Positions 9,049-18,936 of a stretch of DNA of 64,000 bases are shown piece after piece (position 1 is the first letter of the stretch; every line of letters begins with the position of its first letter). The stretch spans positions 1 to 64,000 of IMG/VR virus record IMGVR_UViG_3300010396_000006. One strand, given 5' to 3'. The stretch comes from a virus. The position numbers and the translations under genes are program-made. The notes below the pieces were generated by a model. It worked only from the letters and a program-made list of their open reading frames with translations. It searched no databases and was not told where the DNA came from.

Positions 9049-9602
9049 AACAAGCATTCCTCGACATGATTGATCGGCGAGTGGCCACGTATGAAAAAAT
9101 ACGGGACCCAAAACTTATCCCGATTGCCTTGGCGATTGTCGATCAACTGAATGAATTGAAACAAGAGGCGACGGAGTTCGTTGAGCCAGAATCAGCCGAA
9201 CAATCCGAAGCGAAGTGGCTGGAGAAGCATCAAGCCAATTTAGAGTCGATCGGAGCCGATCTGACATTCCAAAGCGGAGCAACACCAGAATTCAAACGCT
9301 GGTTCGAGACTTATCCGGGGCATCGACGGTGGGGAGAAAAAAAATGTCAACGCATCTTTCCCCGAGTGCTACAAACCATCGGTGATGAAATGAGGACAAG
9401 TTTGGACATGGCGTTAGAGCATCTGATTGCCGTGACAAAAACCTATGCGGATTCAGATAGGGGGAAAGGCGATTTCTGTTGGACCGCTGCCACATTTTTG
9501 GATGACGGACACTGGCGAGACAAACGAGATTCATGGAATGATCAAAAACCCAAGCAGACAGGAAGTCATGATGTCAGCCGACCAGTCGACACAGAATGGT
9601 GA
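9045..9602 (+). CDS. replication initiator / replisome organiser-like protein
   Basis: FKRWFETYP...ATFLDDGHWRD C-terminal signature; directly upstream of loader and DnaB. Confidence 0.6.
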   Translation: MKQAFLDMIDRRVATYEKIRDPKLIPIALAIVDQLNELKQEATEFVEPESAEQSEAKWLEKHQANLESIGADLTFQSGATPEFKRWFETYPGHRRWGEKKCQRIFPRVLQTIGDEMRTSLDMALEHLIAVTKTYADSDRGKGDFCWTAATFLDDGHWRDKRDSWNDQKPKQTGSHDVSRPVDTEW

Positions 9603-10287
9603 TGATCTCGCAAAAGAAAATCGACGTCGAATTAATCGACAACTGGAAGTCGAGCGGGCGGCAGACCGCATGTCCGAACTGCGAAAGCGAATCGGCAAAC
9701 GATATGAAAATTGTCACTTCGACAATTTCGAACTATCGCCCGTCGCATCGGTCCGTGAATCGCAGACAATGGTGATCAATCAACTCAGGCGGTACACGTC
9801 GCAACTGGCGCAATGCTGCACTGATGGAAGCGGCCTGGGGCTGATTGGGACTGTGGGGACCGGCAAGGATCATTTGATGGCGGCGTCAATGATGGTCGCC
9901 GTGGGTGACGGGCATTCAGTCGAATGGCGTGACGGCGCGGCGCTTTGCCGTGAATTTCATTCGGTCATCGAAGGTGTCACGACAGAACATCGCGTCTTGG
10001 CTCCCCTATTCAGTTGTGACATTCTGGCCATTTCGGATCTGTTGCCACCGGGAGCGGCCTTAAATGAATTTGTTCGATCAAAACTACTGGTCGTGATCGA
10101 TCAACGGTATCGGGACATGAAACCGATCTGGTGGTCGATCAATGAGACGAGAAAGAAGGATGCCGAATCGCGGATGTCACCCCCGATCTGGGACCGGCTG
10201 ACCGATGGCGGATTGATGCTGTCATTCGATTGGCCAAGTCATCGAGAAACCAGACGATGGACGGGGGCCGAATCTGATGGCCGATGA
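9568..10287 (+). CDS. DnaC/IstB-like helicase loader ATPase
   Basis: RYENCHFDNF, GTVGTGKDHL, ILAISDL, IDQRY, IWDRL. Confidence 0.85.
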   Translation: MMSADQSTQNGDDLAKENRRRINRQLEVERAADRMSELRKRIGKRYENCHFDNFELSPVASVRESQTMVINQLRRYTSQLAQCCTDGSGLGLIGTVGTGKDHLMAASMMVAVGDGHSVEWRDGAALCREFHSVIEGVTTEHRVLAPLFSCDILAISDLLPPGAALNEFVRSKLLVVIDQRYRDMKPIWWSINETRKKDAESRMSPPIWDRLTDGGLMLSFDWPSHRETRRWTGAESDGR

Positions 10288-11614
10288 CCGCAGGAAAACC
10301 AAGGCAATTGAAGACCACGGTTGCTTTCAATCACTGAGCGCCGAGAAATCGGTTCTTGGTTGTGCATTGCTTGATTCGTCAGCCGCTGACGTGATGATCG
10401 GCATTCTCAAGCGAGCAGATTTCTACAACGATCTTCATGGTGGATTGTTCGGAGTCATCGAAGAGGAACGGCGAGCAGGCCGGGAAGTCGATGTTGTCAT
10501 CGCCACCGAAAAGATCATGGAAACCGGTTGGGCAAAGGAACTGCCCGAGCATCCGGCGTTATTCGTGCGGGAAATTCTGGAAACCGTCCCCTATGCGGTC
10601 CATGTGGCACATTACGCCGAAATCGTTAGAGATCGATCACTCAGAAGAAAGGCTTGGAATGGGTATCTGCAAGCACAACAAAAACTCAAATCGTTCGAAC
10701 CAGTCTCGGAAATTGTCGGCGAGACAATGTCGGATCTCCAACAAGTCATGTCAGACTCGGTCGACGATCATCCTGAATCGGCGAAGGATCTGCTGATCGG
10801 CGTTGTGACCAAATCGGATGCCGAGATGATCCAGACCTATTACCGGTCATTGGACGCGATCACGGGAGGGATGGCCGAATGCAGTATGACCGTGATGGCA
10901 GCAAGACCGTCCATCGGTAAGACCGCCTTGGCGATTGGAATCATCCGACGTGAAGCCCAGCATCATCATCCGGTGTTATTCTTCTCAAAGGAGATGCCAA
11001 AACTGGATGTGATGCAACGTCTGGCGTCGATCACAACAGGGTTGCCGTTCTCAGCGATTCGAGATCACCAGTTGAATCAGATTGAATGCGAGCAACTGAT
11101 GGAGATGCAAGAATCGGAATGGCTTTCCCGGATCTACATTGACGACGAACCGGGCCGCACGATCACCGAACTGAGCGCGATCATCCGGCTTTATGTTCAA
11201 CAAAAAGGTGTCAAGGTTGTGGTGATTGATTACCTGCAACTGATCCGATCGGAGAACACAAAGCAGCAACGGGAGCAGCAGGTCGCCGAGATCTCACGAG
11301 CGTTGAAAGGCATCGCCAAGAAAAACAAGATTCGAATCCTTTGCTTGTCACAGCTCAATCGTGAAGTCGACAAGCGGGACTCGAAAAAACCACGGCTATC
11401 CGACCTGCGAGAATCGGGAGCGATCGAACAGGATGCCGACCAAGTCTGGCTTCTATGGCGACCGAACAAAGATCCGATTGACCATCGGGATGAGGACAAC
11501 ATCGGGGAAGTGATCGTAGCGAAATCACGGAACGGTCAGACCGGGGTTGCTAAACTTGCGTGGCACGGTCCCACGATGACGTATTCGGATTGGGAATCGA
11601 AAGACGGATTTTGA
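10277..11614 (+). CDS. dnaB: replicative DNA helicase
   Basis: AEKSVLG, AARPSIGKT, VVIDYLQL, LSQLNR, SDLRESGAIEQDAD, VAKSRNG. Confidence 0.97.
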   Translation: MADDRRKTKAIEDHGCFQSLSAEKSVLGCALLDSSAADVMIGILKRADFYNDLHGGLFGVIEEERRAGREVDVVIATEKIMETGWAKELPEHPALFVREILETVPYAVHVAHYAEIVRDRSLRRKAWNGYLQAQQKLKSFEPVSEIVGETMSDLQQVMSDSVDDHPESAKDLLIGVVTKSDAEMIQTYYRSLDAITGGMAECSMTVMAARPSIGKTALAIGIIRREAQHHHPVLFFSKEMPKLDVMQRLASITTGLPFSAIRDHQLNQIECEQLMEMQESEWLSRIYIDDEPGRTITELSAIIRLYVQQKGVKVVVIDYLQLIRSENTKQQREQQVAEISRALKGIAKKNKIRILCLSQLNREVDKRDSKKPRLSDLRESGAIEQDADQVWLLWRPNKDPIDHRDEDNIGEVIVAKSRNGQTGVAKLAWHGPTMTYSDWESKDGF

Positions 11615-11624
11615 AAGGTAGATC

Positions 11625-11861
11625 ATGCCAAGACCAGAAAGCTATCGAGTTCAAGAAGTGATCAAGATGTGCGGCGCATGCAATCACGTCGACGCATTGA
11701 ATCATCAGTTGTATTTCCGCAAGGGCGAACCGAAAAGCATTATGACATTGCTGTTGACTGAGAAGATGTCCGAGGTCAGAGAAAAAATAGAGCCAACACA
11801 AGTCGATGAGTACGGCGTCTGCGATGAGTTCGAACAAATTCCAGGAGGCGACCCGGAATAA
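11625..11861 (+). CDS. small Cys-containing hypothetical protein
   Basis: AAGGT RBS; CGACNH...VCDEF. Confidence 0.6.
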   Translation: MPRPESYRVQEVIKMCGACNHVDALNHQLYFRKGEPKSIMTLLLTEKMSEVREKIEPTQVDEYGVCDEFEQIPGGDPE

Positions 11862-11863
11862 CC

Positions 11864-12196
11864 ATGACAGACAAACCAAAAGAACCATCCGCATTTCGTC
11901 CAACATGGCCGGAAGGAATTGAAGCCAACAAGAACTATCGCATGGCTTGCGATGACAAAGGCCGTGACGGTGGATCATGGATGGAAGTCTTCATTGATGA
12001 TCAGGGGGATGCCTATCTATCGGCTCAAGATTGGGAAGACATCCTTGAGCCGGGAAGCGTTCCGATGCCAATCCCGCACATTCGGATCAGAACGTCAGTC
12101 GGCGGTGGAAGGAATCGGCGAACAAGGCAGGCCCTGTTATGGCTGGCGGACGCCATTCGTCGAGACAACGAAGAAAACGGAGTCACGCCAGAGTGA
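11864..12196 (+). CDS. phage hypothetical protein
   Basis: 110-aa ORF in operon. Confidence 0.7.
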   Translation: MTDKPKEPSAFRPTWPEGIEANKNYRMACDDKGRDGGSWMEVFIDDQGDAYLSAQDWEDILEPGSVPMPIPHIRIRTSVGGGRNRRTRQALLWLADAIRRDNEENGVTPE

Positions 12197-12228
12197 CGAT
12201 CCAGTTTGATCATTTAAGGAAACCATTC

Positions 12229-12489
12229 GTGACGACAGCAAAGAAAACATTTCTGCAAGATGGCAACGAAGTCGCGAAGTGCCGAACCGAGGTCATCAAT
12301 CAAACCGTCAAGCTGTTAAAGCTATTGCAGATTCCAAAAGACAAAGTCGACATGGAATCGGTAGACAGACTGATTGACGAGATCAGCCGATCAGCATCGC
12401 GGGCAACCCTGAAGAAACAGGCATTCAGAGCGAAGTGGACGGCGGATGGAGCGCGGAAAGCAGATCTGGAAAAGGCAGCGACACACTAA
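12229..12489 (+). CDS. hypothetical protein
   Basis: GTG start with AAGGA RBS. Confidence 0.55.
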   Translation: MTTAKKTFLQDGNEVAKCRTEVINQTVKLLKLLQIPKDKVDMESVDRLIDEISRSASRATLKKQAFRAKWTADGARKADLEKAATH

Positions 12490-12502
12490 CCACGGAGAAA
12501 TC

Positions 12503-12853
12503 ATGTCAGGAGAATTGAGCGTATTGAGTTGTTCGGCCGGTGATATCCGAGTCAAAGTCGATCCAAAAGACCCGGTGACAGTCGAGCGAGCCAAGAAGAT
12601 GATCCAAGACATGCTGAAGCGTGGCTATCTCTTGGCAATCGAGATCGATGGCAAGCTGGAAATGGTGAAAGAATTCGACCCGAAGACGGGCGAATATATC
12701 ATCATCGAAAGCGTCACAGCCGCGGAAGAGGAACCGACCGACGAGCCGGTAACAAGTACCGAACCAGTCGCCAAGCGAGGACGCGGACGGCCGAAGCGAA
12801 TTCCCATGACGGAAGCCAAGGTAACTGGGGTTCCTAGAACGGCGGGAGGTTGA
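12503..12853 (+). CDS. hypothetical protein with ubiquitin/ThiS-like C-terminal Gly-Gly
   Basis: GGAG RBS; ends KVTGVPRTAGG-stop. Confidence 0.65.
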   Translation: MSGELSVLSCSAGDIRVKVDPKDPVTVERAKKMIQDMLKRGYLLAIEIDGKLEMVKEFDPKTGEYIIIESVTAAEEEPTDEPVTSTEPVAKRGRGRPKRIPMTEAKVTGVPRTAGG

Positions 12854-12855
12854 TC

Positions 12856-13587
12856 ATGCCCGTTACCTGGGAACAAATCGCGGAAGTTGCTTCGGAACTG
12901 GCGGAAGAGGCCGGCGAATGGTGCGGCGCGCCAGTGCCTGTTGATGATCTGCGGTTATCAATCGCACCGGGATACACGTTTGGGAAACTGGACGGTTTTC
13001 GTTTCAAGGAAGACGAATATACCGAAGGGGAAGAATTGAAAGACACGCTCGCCGAGGCGATTGAAAGCCGGGTGATCAATTCATGGTGGTGCGCTCGCCG
13101 TGGCGGCTGGGTGTTTGTGCTGAAAGGACGCGGCGGGAAATCCCGTCATCTGATCGTCGATGGCTATGCGACACGGCCAGTCGAAACACTGACTCGGCTG
13201 TTAATGGGTCTGTCAGTCTGCGAGGTCCAGAAACTCGATGCCGAGTTCATGGCGATGGACAAACTGAGATCGATGGTCAAGCCGCATCTGTTCAAGATGT
13301 ACATCATTCAGAACATTCTGCTGGAGACGTCGCCAAAATCCGGAGTGACTTACATTCTCAGAAAGGGACGTCCGACGATTGCCATGAAGGCGGATGGAAA
13401 CGGCAACATGCGGATTCTGTCCGTGTTATGTCTGCATCCGCTCGGCTACTACGAGGGAAGTTTTTGCGGCTGTATGGTCCCAACGGACGAATTGATTGCA
13501 CATCTGATCATGATCCGAGCGAACGAACATTTCTTCTGGCGGAAAGCGAATCATCATCGGTCATATGAATGGGAATCGGGACTCTGA
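12856..13587 (+). CDS. phage hypothetical protein with LCLHP motif, partner of the GG-ending protein
   Basis: GGAGG RBS lies within the upstream GG codons; LCLHP...PTDELIAH...EHFFWRKANHH. Confidence 0.75.
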   Translation: MPVTWEQIAEVASELAEEAGEWCGAPVPVDDLRLSIAPGYTFGKLDGFRFKEDEYTEGEELKDTLAEAIESRVINSWWCARRGGWVFVLKGRGGKSRHLIVDGYATRPVETLTRLLMGLSVCEVQKLDAEFMAMDKLRSMVKPHLFKMYIIQNILLETSPKSGVTYILRKGRPTIAMKADGNGNMRILSVLCLHPLGYYEGSFCGCMVPTDELIAHLIMIRANEHFFWRKANHHRSYEWESGL

Positions 13588-13601
13588 AACAAAATTGAGG
13601 A

Positions 13602-13683
13602 AAATCAGTAAGATTTCTATTGACGTCTGAAAAGAACGTCGATATTCTGATCTCAGTCACGCCGCTGACAGTAACCAGCCGCG
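13602..13683 (+). promoter_or_regulatory. sigma70-like promoter with operator palindrome and CAGTAAC leader hairpin
   Basis: AAATC-AGTAA-GATTT 13602-13616; TTGACG 13620-13625, 17 bp, TATTCT 13643-13648; hairpin 13660-13683 with loop ACAGTAAC. Confidence 0.8.
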
Positions 13684-13713
13684 AACGACATTCTTAAACG
13701 AAAGGCCAAGTCA

Positions 13714-14103
13714 ATGAAAACGCATCAATGGTCTAATGTGCCCGGTTCAGTCACGCTCGAACTCAGCAGCGATGAGGGTCCCTATCTGGGCGATCTGCAA
13801 AACGAGGTCGGATTCGAAGCGGGCGAACTCGAATTCCTGCGGCCGTTCTTGTCCGAACCGAACCGTACCGAAATCTCTATCAACTTCATCTCCAATGGCG
13901 AACACACGCCGATGTCGATGCATGGCGGACCGGACGGACTCGGTTGGCCAGAAGAGGGAGCAGAGGAGCGGTTGTTTCAATCCGCCGATGTGCTGATCGA
14001 TGGCAAGCTGGCATCGACATTGCCGCCAGAAATCGGACAACGGCTGTTTGATCTGTTCCATGATCAGGTCGAAGCCGCTGAACTCGAATACGATCGCGAA
14101 TAG
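13714..14103 (+). CDS. acidic hypothetical protein
   Basis: First ORF after promoter, AAAGG RBS. Confidence 0.7.
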   Translation: MKTHQWSNVPGSVTLELSSDEGPYLGDLQNEVGFEAGELEFLRPFLSEPNRTEISINFISNGEHTPMSMHGGPDGLGWPEEGAEERLFQSADVLIDGKLASTLPPEIGQRLFDLFHDQVEAAELEYDRE

Positions 14104-14144
14104 TCGCCGGATCTCATCACAAGCAATTTTCGAAAGGTTCAGTC

Positions 14145-14582
14145 ATGACGCAAAGCAATGTTTCGACAGCCGCTCGCTATTCACTCAGCCTGATCATTGG
14201 TGATCAGACGTTGCCGCTATCTGACGTCTACGAAGATGGCGACGATCAATTCGTCATGCTGGCCGAAGCCCGCGAATATGGCACGGAAGCCAGTGAAGCA
14301 ACGATTGTCATCGTGACTGATGGCCAAGAGCATCGAGAAGACGTGTTCATCAAAGGCATCAAAGCCGATGATCGCCGAGTCGACACTGTGGCTCGTGACA
14401 AAGCCGATCTGGAAGAATTGCGAGATCAGAACGTGCGACAGTTCATCATCGACATGGAAGGCAAGTTACCAGTCGGCCAGTTGTGCGCCTGCGGAAACGA
14501 AGCGGTTGGTTGCGACAATGGCGATTGGACGTGTGCCCGCTGTTATCGGATCGCTGGCCGTCGCGAATCGTTCGTGAAGTAA
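14145..14582 (+). CDS. hypothetical protein with C-terminal Zn ribbon
   Basis: LCACG...CARC. Confidence 0.7.
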   Translation: MTQSNVSTAARYSLSLIIGDQTLPLSDVYEDGDDQFVMLAEAREYGTEASEATIVIVTDGQEHREDVFIKGIKADDRRVDTVARDKADLEELRDQNVRQFIIDMEGKLPVGQLCACGNEAVGCDNGDWTCARCYRIAGRRESFVK

Positions 14583-14634
14583 GCTGCCTGATCAAACGCA
14601 TCGAAACAAAACCTCAATTCACAAGGGACTCAAC

Positions 14635-15789
14635 ATGGCCAAGAAACAAGCAAAACCAAAAGACCTGCTCGAAGACGATGTGTTCACGCCGGAAATCGGA
14701 CAAACCGATCTGGCTGTCGCCGCACGTCCGGTTGAATCGGAACTGGTCGTCACGAAGAAAGAACTGCTCGACATGGTCGAACGCTACACGAAACTGAAGA
14801 TCGACGGACCGCACGATGCCGATGGCCAGTTGGCTGTTGACGAAGCGTTCAAGGACTGCCGCCGCGTCTGGAACTTGATCGACAAGGCCCGCGAAAAGAA
14901 AAAACGGTTCTATCTCGACGAAGGGAACCGAATTCAGGCCGCTGCAAAAGAACTGTGGGCGATCGAGGAGCAAGCCGAGAAACATCTGAAGGCAGAAAAA
15001 GACCGCGTTGAAAAGGAACTGGCTGCGATCGTCGCGAAGCAACTGGATGACCGCGAAGACAACCGCAATTCAATGGTCGAAGCAATCGGCGGAATTCCTC
15101 CGATTCTCAAGTTGTCGGTCTCTGCCGATTTCGTTCGCGTCGCCGAACCTGCTCAGTTCGAAGAGTTCCTTGGTCGCGTCAAGAGCATGAACGAGGAGAT
15201 TGCACATCAAGCCGAGCAACAGAAAGAACTGGATCGCATCAAAGCCGAGCAAGACGAACGTCAACGCAAGCTGGATGAGGCCGAAAAAGAACAACAGCGC
15301 CAACGTGACGCGGAAGCCGCCAAGAACGCCATCCCGGAAAACACAATCGTTGGCTCTCAAGAAGATCAATGGTTCCATCAGCGAGTGTCAGGCGATGTTT
15401 CCCAGATTATGCCGACTGAATTCCCATATCCTTCAGTTAGCGCACGCGAATCCCAGGTGATCGACAATATCATCGGAGACGTCGCCAAGGTTCCTGACCG
15501 AGTTCCGTTCAATGACGTGCCGGCCCCGTTCTCAGGCTATCGACCAGTTGGTCAATCGGTCTCGCCATCGCTGAGCAGCGTCGAACGTCGATTGGTGAAC
15601 AAGGTGACTGGTTGCAGTATCGAATCACCGAACGAACTGCAATTGAACATTGAAACGATCACGGGCCGTCTCGAATTGCGAATCAGCCGCAAGGAATCCG
15701 AATCCCTGGCTCATCTGATCACGTCCACAATCGGGCTGGGTCATTTGACTAGAACGATTCCACGAGAAGCCGCAGAAGTCATCGCCTGA
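14635..15789 (+). CDS. coiled-coil protein of recombination module (DUF1351-like)
   Basis: Long heptad region; upstream of ERF/exonuclease. Confidence 0.6.
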   Translation: MAKKQAKPKDLLEDDVFTPEIGQTDLAVAARPVESELVVTKKELLDMVERYTKLKIDGPHDADGQLAVDEAFKDCRRVWNLIDKAREKKKRFYLDEGNRIQAAAKELWAIEEQAEKHLKAEKDRVEKELAAIVAKQLDDREDNRNSMVEAIGGIPPILKLSVSADFVRVAEPAQFEEFLGRVKSMNEEIAHQAEQQKELDRIKAEQDERQRKLDEAEKEQQRQRDAEAAKNAIPENTIVGSQEDQWFHQRVSGDVSQIMPTEFPYPSVSARESQVIDNIIGDVAKVPDRVPFNDVPAPFSGYRPVGQSVSPSLSSVERRLVNKVTGCSIESPNELQLNIETITGRLELRISRKESESLAHLITSTIGLGHLTRTIPREAAEVIA

Positions 15790-15839
15790 CCGAACGTCGA
15801 TCAGGAAGTCAAAACAAACTCAAGGAAGGACTGAAAATC

Positions 15840-16037
15840 GTGTTAGTTTTATCACGAAAAAAGGGTGAGACGGTGGAAATCGGAAAGGCCGGAGATGTTC
15901 TGACCGGTCCGATCATTGTGACAGTCGTGGAAGTTCGTGGTGACAAAACCAGAATCGGAATTCAGGCCGATCGAGATGTCCCAGTCCACCGCGGCGAAGT
16001 GGCAGAAGCGATCGCACGGGAGCAAGAAGGCAAATAG
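15840..16037 (+). CDS. csrA: carbon storage regulator CsrA/RsmA
   Basis: MLVLSRKKGE...IIVTVVEVRGDKTRIGIQADRDVPVHRGEV. Confidence 0.93.
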   Translation: MLVLSRKKGETVEIGKAGDVLTGPIIVTVVEVRGDKTRIGIQADRDVPVHRGEVAEAIAREQEGK

Positions 16038-16044
16038 GTGAATC

Positions 16045-16284
16045 GTGTCCATTCAGTCGAACATGGCATCCAGAGTGACGCAAAATCTGGCCAACAACAT
16101 TCACAACGAAGTGAATGCTCGATGCAAAGAGGAAGCCATGAATACCGTGCTATTCGATGTCGATTGCCAAATTGTTGGATCTCGATTTGAGGATGGAAAT
16201 CTCATATTGGATATCAAAAAGAGATCTTCGGGTGATGTGTTCTGTTTGATCTTGAAGCCAGTTGAATGGGGTAAGAAGCAATGA
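16045..16284 (+). CDS. hypothetical protein
   Basis: GTG start; overlaps next ATG. Confidence 0.55.
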   Translation: MSIQSNMASRVTQNLANNIHNEVNARCKEEAMNTVLFDVDCQIVGSRFEDGNLILDIKKRSSGDVFCLILKPVEWGKKQ

Positions 16285-16577
16285 CTCAATCAATCTCATC
16301 TGTTGCTAGGCTGGGTTCAAAGCAATGTTCCACATGCCCTTTTAGGAATAATGGACTTCAGCTTGGCGCAGAGAAGATGACTGAAATTCAAGCCTACCTG
16401 CTCAATGGGACAAATCATCTCTGTCACAGCGATCAATCGAATCGCACGGTTTGTGTCGGTGGTCGAAACTATCAGTTGGAAATCTGGCATCGGATGGGAA
16501 TGATCTCTGCTCCGACCAATGAGGCATTACGGGAAGCGATGAAATCCGCCGGACAATCTCCCAAGGGACATATCTGA
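16281..16577 (+). CDS. Cys/His metal-binding hypothetical protein
   Basis: CSTCPFR...HLCH...CVG. Confidence 0.65.
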   Translation: MTQSISSVARLGSKQCSTCPFRNNGLQLGAEKMTEIQAYLLNGTNHLCHSDQSNRTVCVGGRNYQLEIWHRMGMISAPTNEALREAMKSAGQSPKGHI

Positions 16578-16606
16578 TACCGCAAGAATTCAAGCCAAGA
16601 GATCGA

Positions 16607-16801
16607 GTGATCTACGTTCCGCTTCATGCTCATGGTGACGTGAATCATCCCGACGTCGAACATGGTGCGGTATCATCGTTCAACGGCCATTCCGTGTTCG
16701 TGAAGTTCGACAAACAGGTTCAGAAATTCGGTTGGGACGGAACAACCTCTCAAGCCTGCGACCCCAGTGATCTGCAAGTGGAGAAAAATAGCCATGACTG
16801 A
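16607..16801 (+). CDS. hypothetical protein
   Basis: YVPLHAHGD...EHGAVSS...VFVKFD; true start may be upstream. Confidence 0.55.
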   Translation: MIYVPLHAHGDVNHPDVEHGAVSSFNGHSVFVKFDKQVQKFGWDGTTSQACDPSDLQVEKNSHD

Positions 16802-17678
16802 GCAAGCAACGATCGTCGAACCGGAAGTGATCAATGTCGGGGACTTCGAGCCAAAGCGAGCGCCGCACATTGTTGACTCATCAAAGTCAAAAGACACTGA
16901 TTCCCCAAACCAGTTGATCGCGATGGCGATTGATAAAGGATTGGGCGTTGATGGACTTTCGAAATTGATGGATCTCAAAAAAGACTGGGAAGATCGCGAA
17001 GCTCGCAAAGCATTCGCCCGTGACATGGCGATCGTTCAATCGAAAACGCCACGAGTTTTACGGACGAAAGAAAACAAGCAAACCAATTCATGGTATGCGC
17101 CGCTCGACGAAGTGAATTCAACCATATTGCCAGTCGCGTCCGAATATGGGTTTTCAATCTCATTCAGTGAAGGATCGGAATTCGTCGGCGAACACAAAAT
17201 CCCGATGAAGGAAAAGATGTTCCGCACGACGATGATTCTGCGCCATCGCGACGGACATCAGGAAATTCACTTCTATGATCTTCCGACCGATGAGGCGGGA
17301 TTTAAGGGAGGGGCGAACAAAACAGCCGTCCACGGGAAGGCCAGCAGCACGACGTATGCGGAGCGATATCTATTGTGCCAAGTCTTCTCGATCACGATTC
17401 AGGGGTTGGATAACGACGGCAATACGACGTCGCGAACTCTCAGCGAGACAGAGGAAAACCTGATCCGAAATCGAATGGCCGACTGCGAACGTCTCGGTAA
17501 AGTCATCAGCGAGCGGAAAATGCTGGAATATGTTGCTGAGATGCAAAAGAAGCCGGTCAATACGATCGACGAAATCGAGGTTCAATTCTTCGCTCGTGTG
17601 ATGCATTCACTGGACAACGCCTATCGTCAGGCACTTCAGGCAAATGGCTATCGGGAGGGCGGTGATCAGAAACCATGA
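16794..17678 (+). CDS. ERF-family single-strand annealing protein
   Basis: AFARDMAIVQ, WYAPLDEV, GKASSTTYAERYLL...DNDG. Confidence 0.85.
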   Translation: MTEQATIVEPEVINVGDFEPKRAPHIVDSSKSKDTDSPNQLIAMAIDKGLGVDGLSKLMDLKKDWEDREARKAFARDMAIVQSKTPRVLRTKENKQTNSWYAPLDEVNSTILPVASEYGFSISFSEGSEFVGEHKIPMKEKMFRTTMILRHRDGHQEIHFYDLPTDEAGFKGGANKTAVHGKASSTTYAERYLLCQVFSITIQGLDNDGNTTSRTLSETEENLIRNRMADCERLGKVISERKMLEYVAEMQKKPVNTIDEIEVQFFARVMHSLDNAYRQALQANGYREGGDQKP

Positions 17679-18340
17679 AGATATTCGAATTCGCCCAGAA
17701 GTCGCCGGAGTGGTGGCATATTCGCAGGGGGATTCCAACGGCGAGTCAGTTCTATCGAATCCTGACGCCAAAAAAGGGAACTCCATCAGCCTCGCAAGGT
17801 CCCTACATCGATTCGTTGATTGACGAACAACTCAATCCACAATGGTCAGTCGAAGATAGCGATTCGTATGTCAGTCCTGACATGCAAAACGGCATCAACA
17901 ACGAACCGCAGGCCCGGAATTGGTACGGTACGTTTGGTCCTGGGGAAGAAGTCAGGCAGGTCGGGTTCTGTCTGTCTGACTGCGGTCGATTCGGTTGCTC
18001 ACCGGACGGATTGGTTGGTGAAGATGGCGCATTGGAAATCAAATGCCCGTCTCAACAGGTCCACGAAAAATATCTTCGCCTCAATCGATTGCCGCCGGAA
18101 TACAAATGCCAAGTCCACGGCACATTGATTGTCACTCGGCGAAAGTGGATCGATTTTCTGAGCTATAGTCCGGTCGATGACGTCAATTGCCTGTTGATCC
18201 GAGTGTTCCCAGACGCATTTACCGAACTGCTCGAAAAAGAATTGAACAAGTTCCATCTGAAGTATCTCGCCGCATGGGCGAAGATGGGACGTCCGCTTGA
18301 CCGTCCTGTTGATCACATGGTTCCCAGTTTTGAAGCGTAA
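17675..18340 (+). CDS. YqaJ/lambda-exonuclease family protein
   Basis: QKSPEWWHIRRGIPTAS, GCSPDGLV, LEIKCP, YKCQVHG. Confidence 0.93.
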   Translation: MKIFEFAQKSPEWWHIRRGIPTASQFYRILTPKKGTPSASQGPYIDSLIDEQLNPQWSVEDSDSYVSPDMQNGINNEPQARNWYGTFGPGEEVRQVGFCLSDCGRFGCSPDGLVGEDGALEIKCPSQQVHEKYLRLNRLPPEYKCQVHGTLIVTRRKWIDFLSYSPVDDVNCLLIRVFPDAFTELLEKELNKFHLKYLAAWAKMGRPLDRPVDHMVPSFEA

Positions 18341-18345
18341 ACACA

Positions 18346-18936
18346 ATGCCTCACTATTTAGGTCTCGATCCGTCGCTTTCGGCAACCGGCATTATCGTGC
18401 TGGATGAAAACGCGAAGATGATCCACAAGGACGTCTTTACGACGGTCGCGTCCGGCTCGGCAGTCCCCGCAAGGATGAATAGGTTTGAGGCGTTGGTTGT
18501 TCTAGCCAAGAAAGTCTGTGAGGAATTCGACCCGGAAATGATCTGCATTGAGGGCTACTCGTTCATGAGCAACATGCCGGGTAGCAATGATCGAATCGAG
18601 TACGGCGGAATTCTTCGATATGCGCTCAGTCGCAAATGGCCAATCATGGAAGTATCGCCGATGAGTCTGAAGAAGTGGGCGAGCGGATCTGGCAAAGGCG
18701 ACAAGACCGGGGTCATTGCGGGCATCACCAGTCTGTACGGAATGCGGTTCCAATCCAGCGACGAATACGATGCGTATGCGTTGGCTCGAATCGCGTTGCA
18801 GTTGAAGAACGGCGAGATCCCGTCCAATACTCCGCAGCGAGAAGTCATCGAAAAGCTGTGGAATCCAGCCGTTAAGAAGAAAAAACCTCCCCGTGACAAA
18901 CCAAGTCGAAAACGAAAACCAAAGGGAATCGCATGA
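18346..18936 (+). CDS. RuvC-like Holliday junction resolvase
   Basis: LGLDPSLSATG, ICIEGY, LKKWASGSGKGDK, DEYDAYALA. Confidence 0.9.
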   Translation: MPHYLGLDPSLSATGIIVLDENAKMIHKDVFTTVASGSAVPARMNRFEALVVLAKKVCEEFDPEMICIEGYSFMSNMPGSNDRIEYGGILRYALSRKWPIMEVSPMSLKKWASGSGKGDKTGVIAGITSLYGMRFQSSDEYDAYALARIALQLKNGEIPSNTPQREVIEKLWNPAVKKKKPPRDKPSRKRKPKGIA

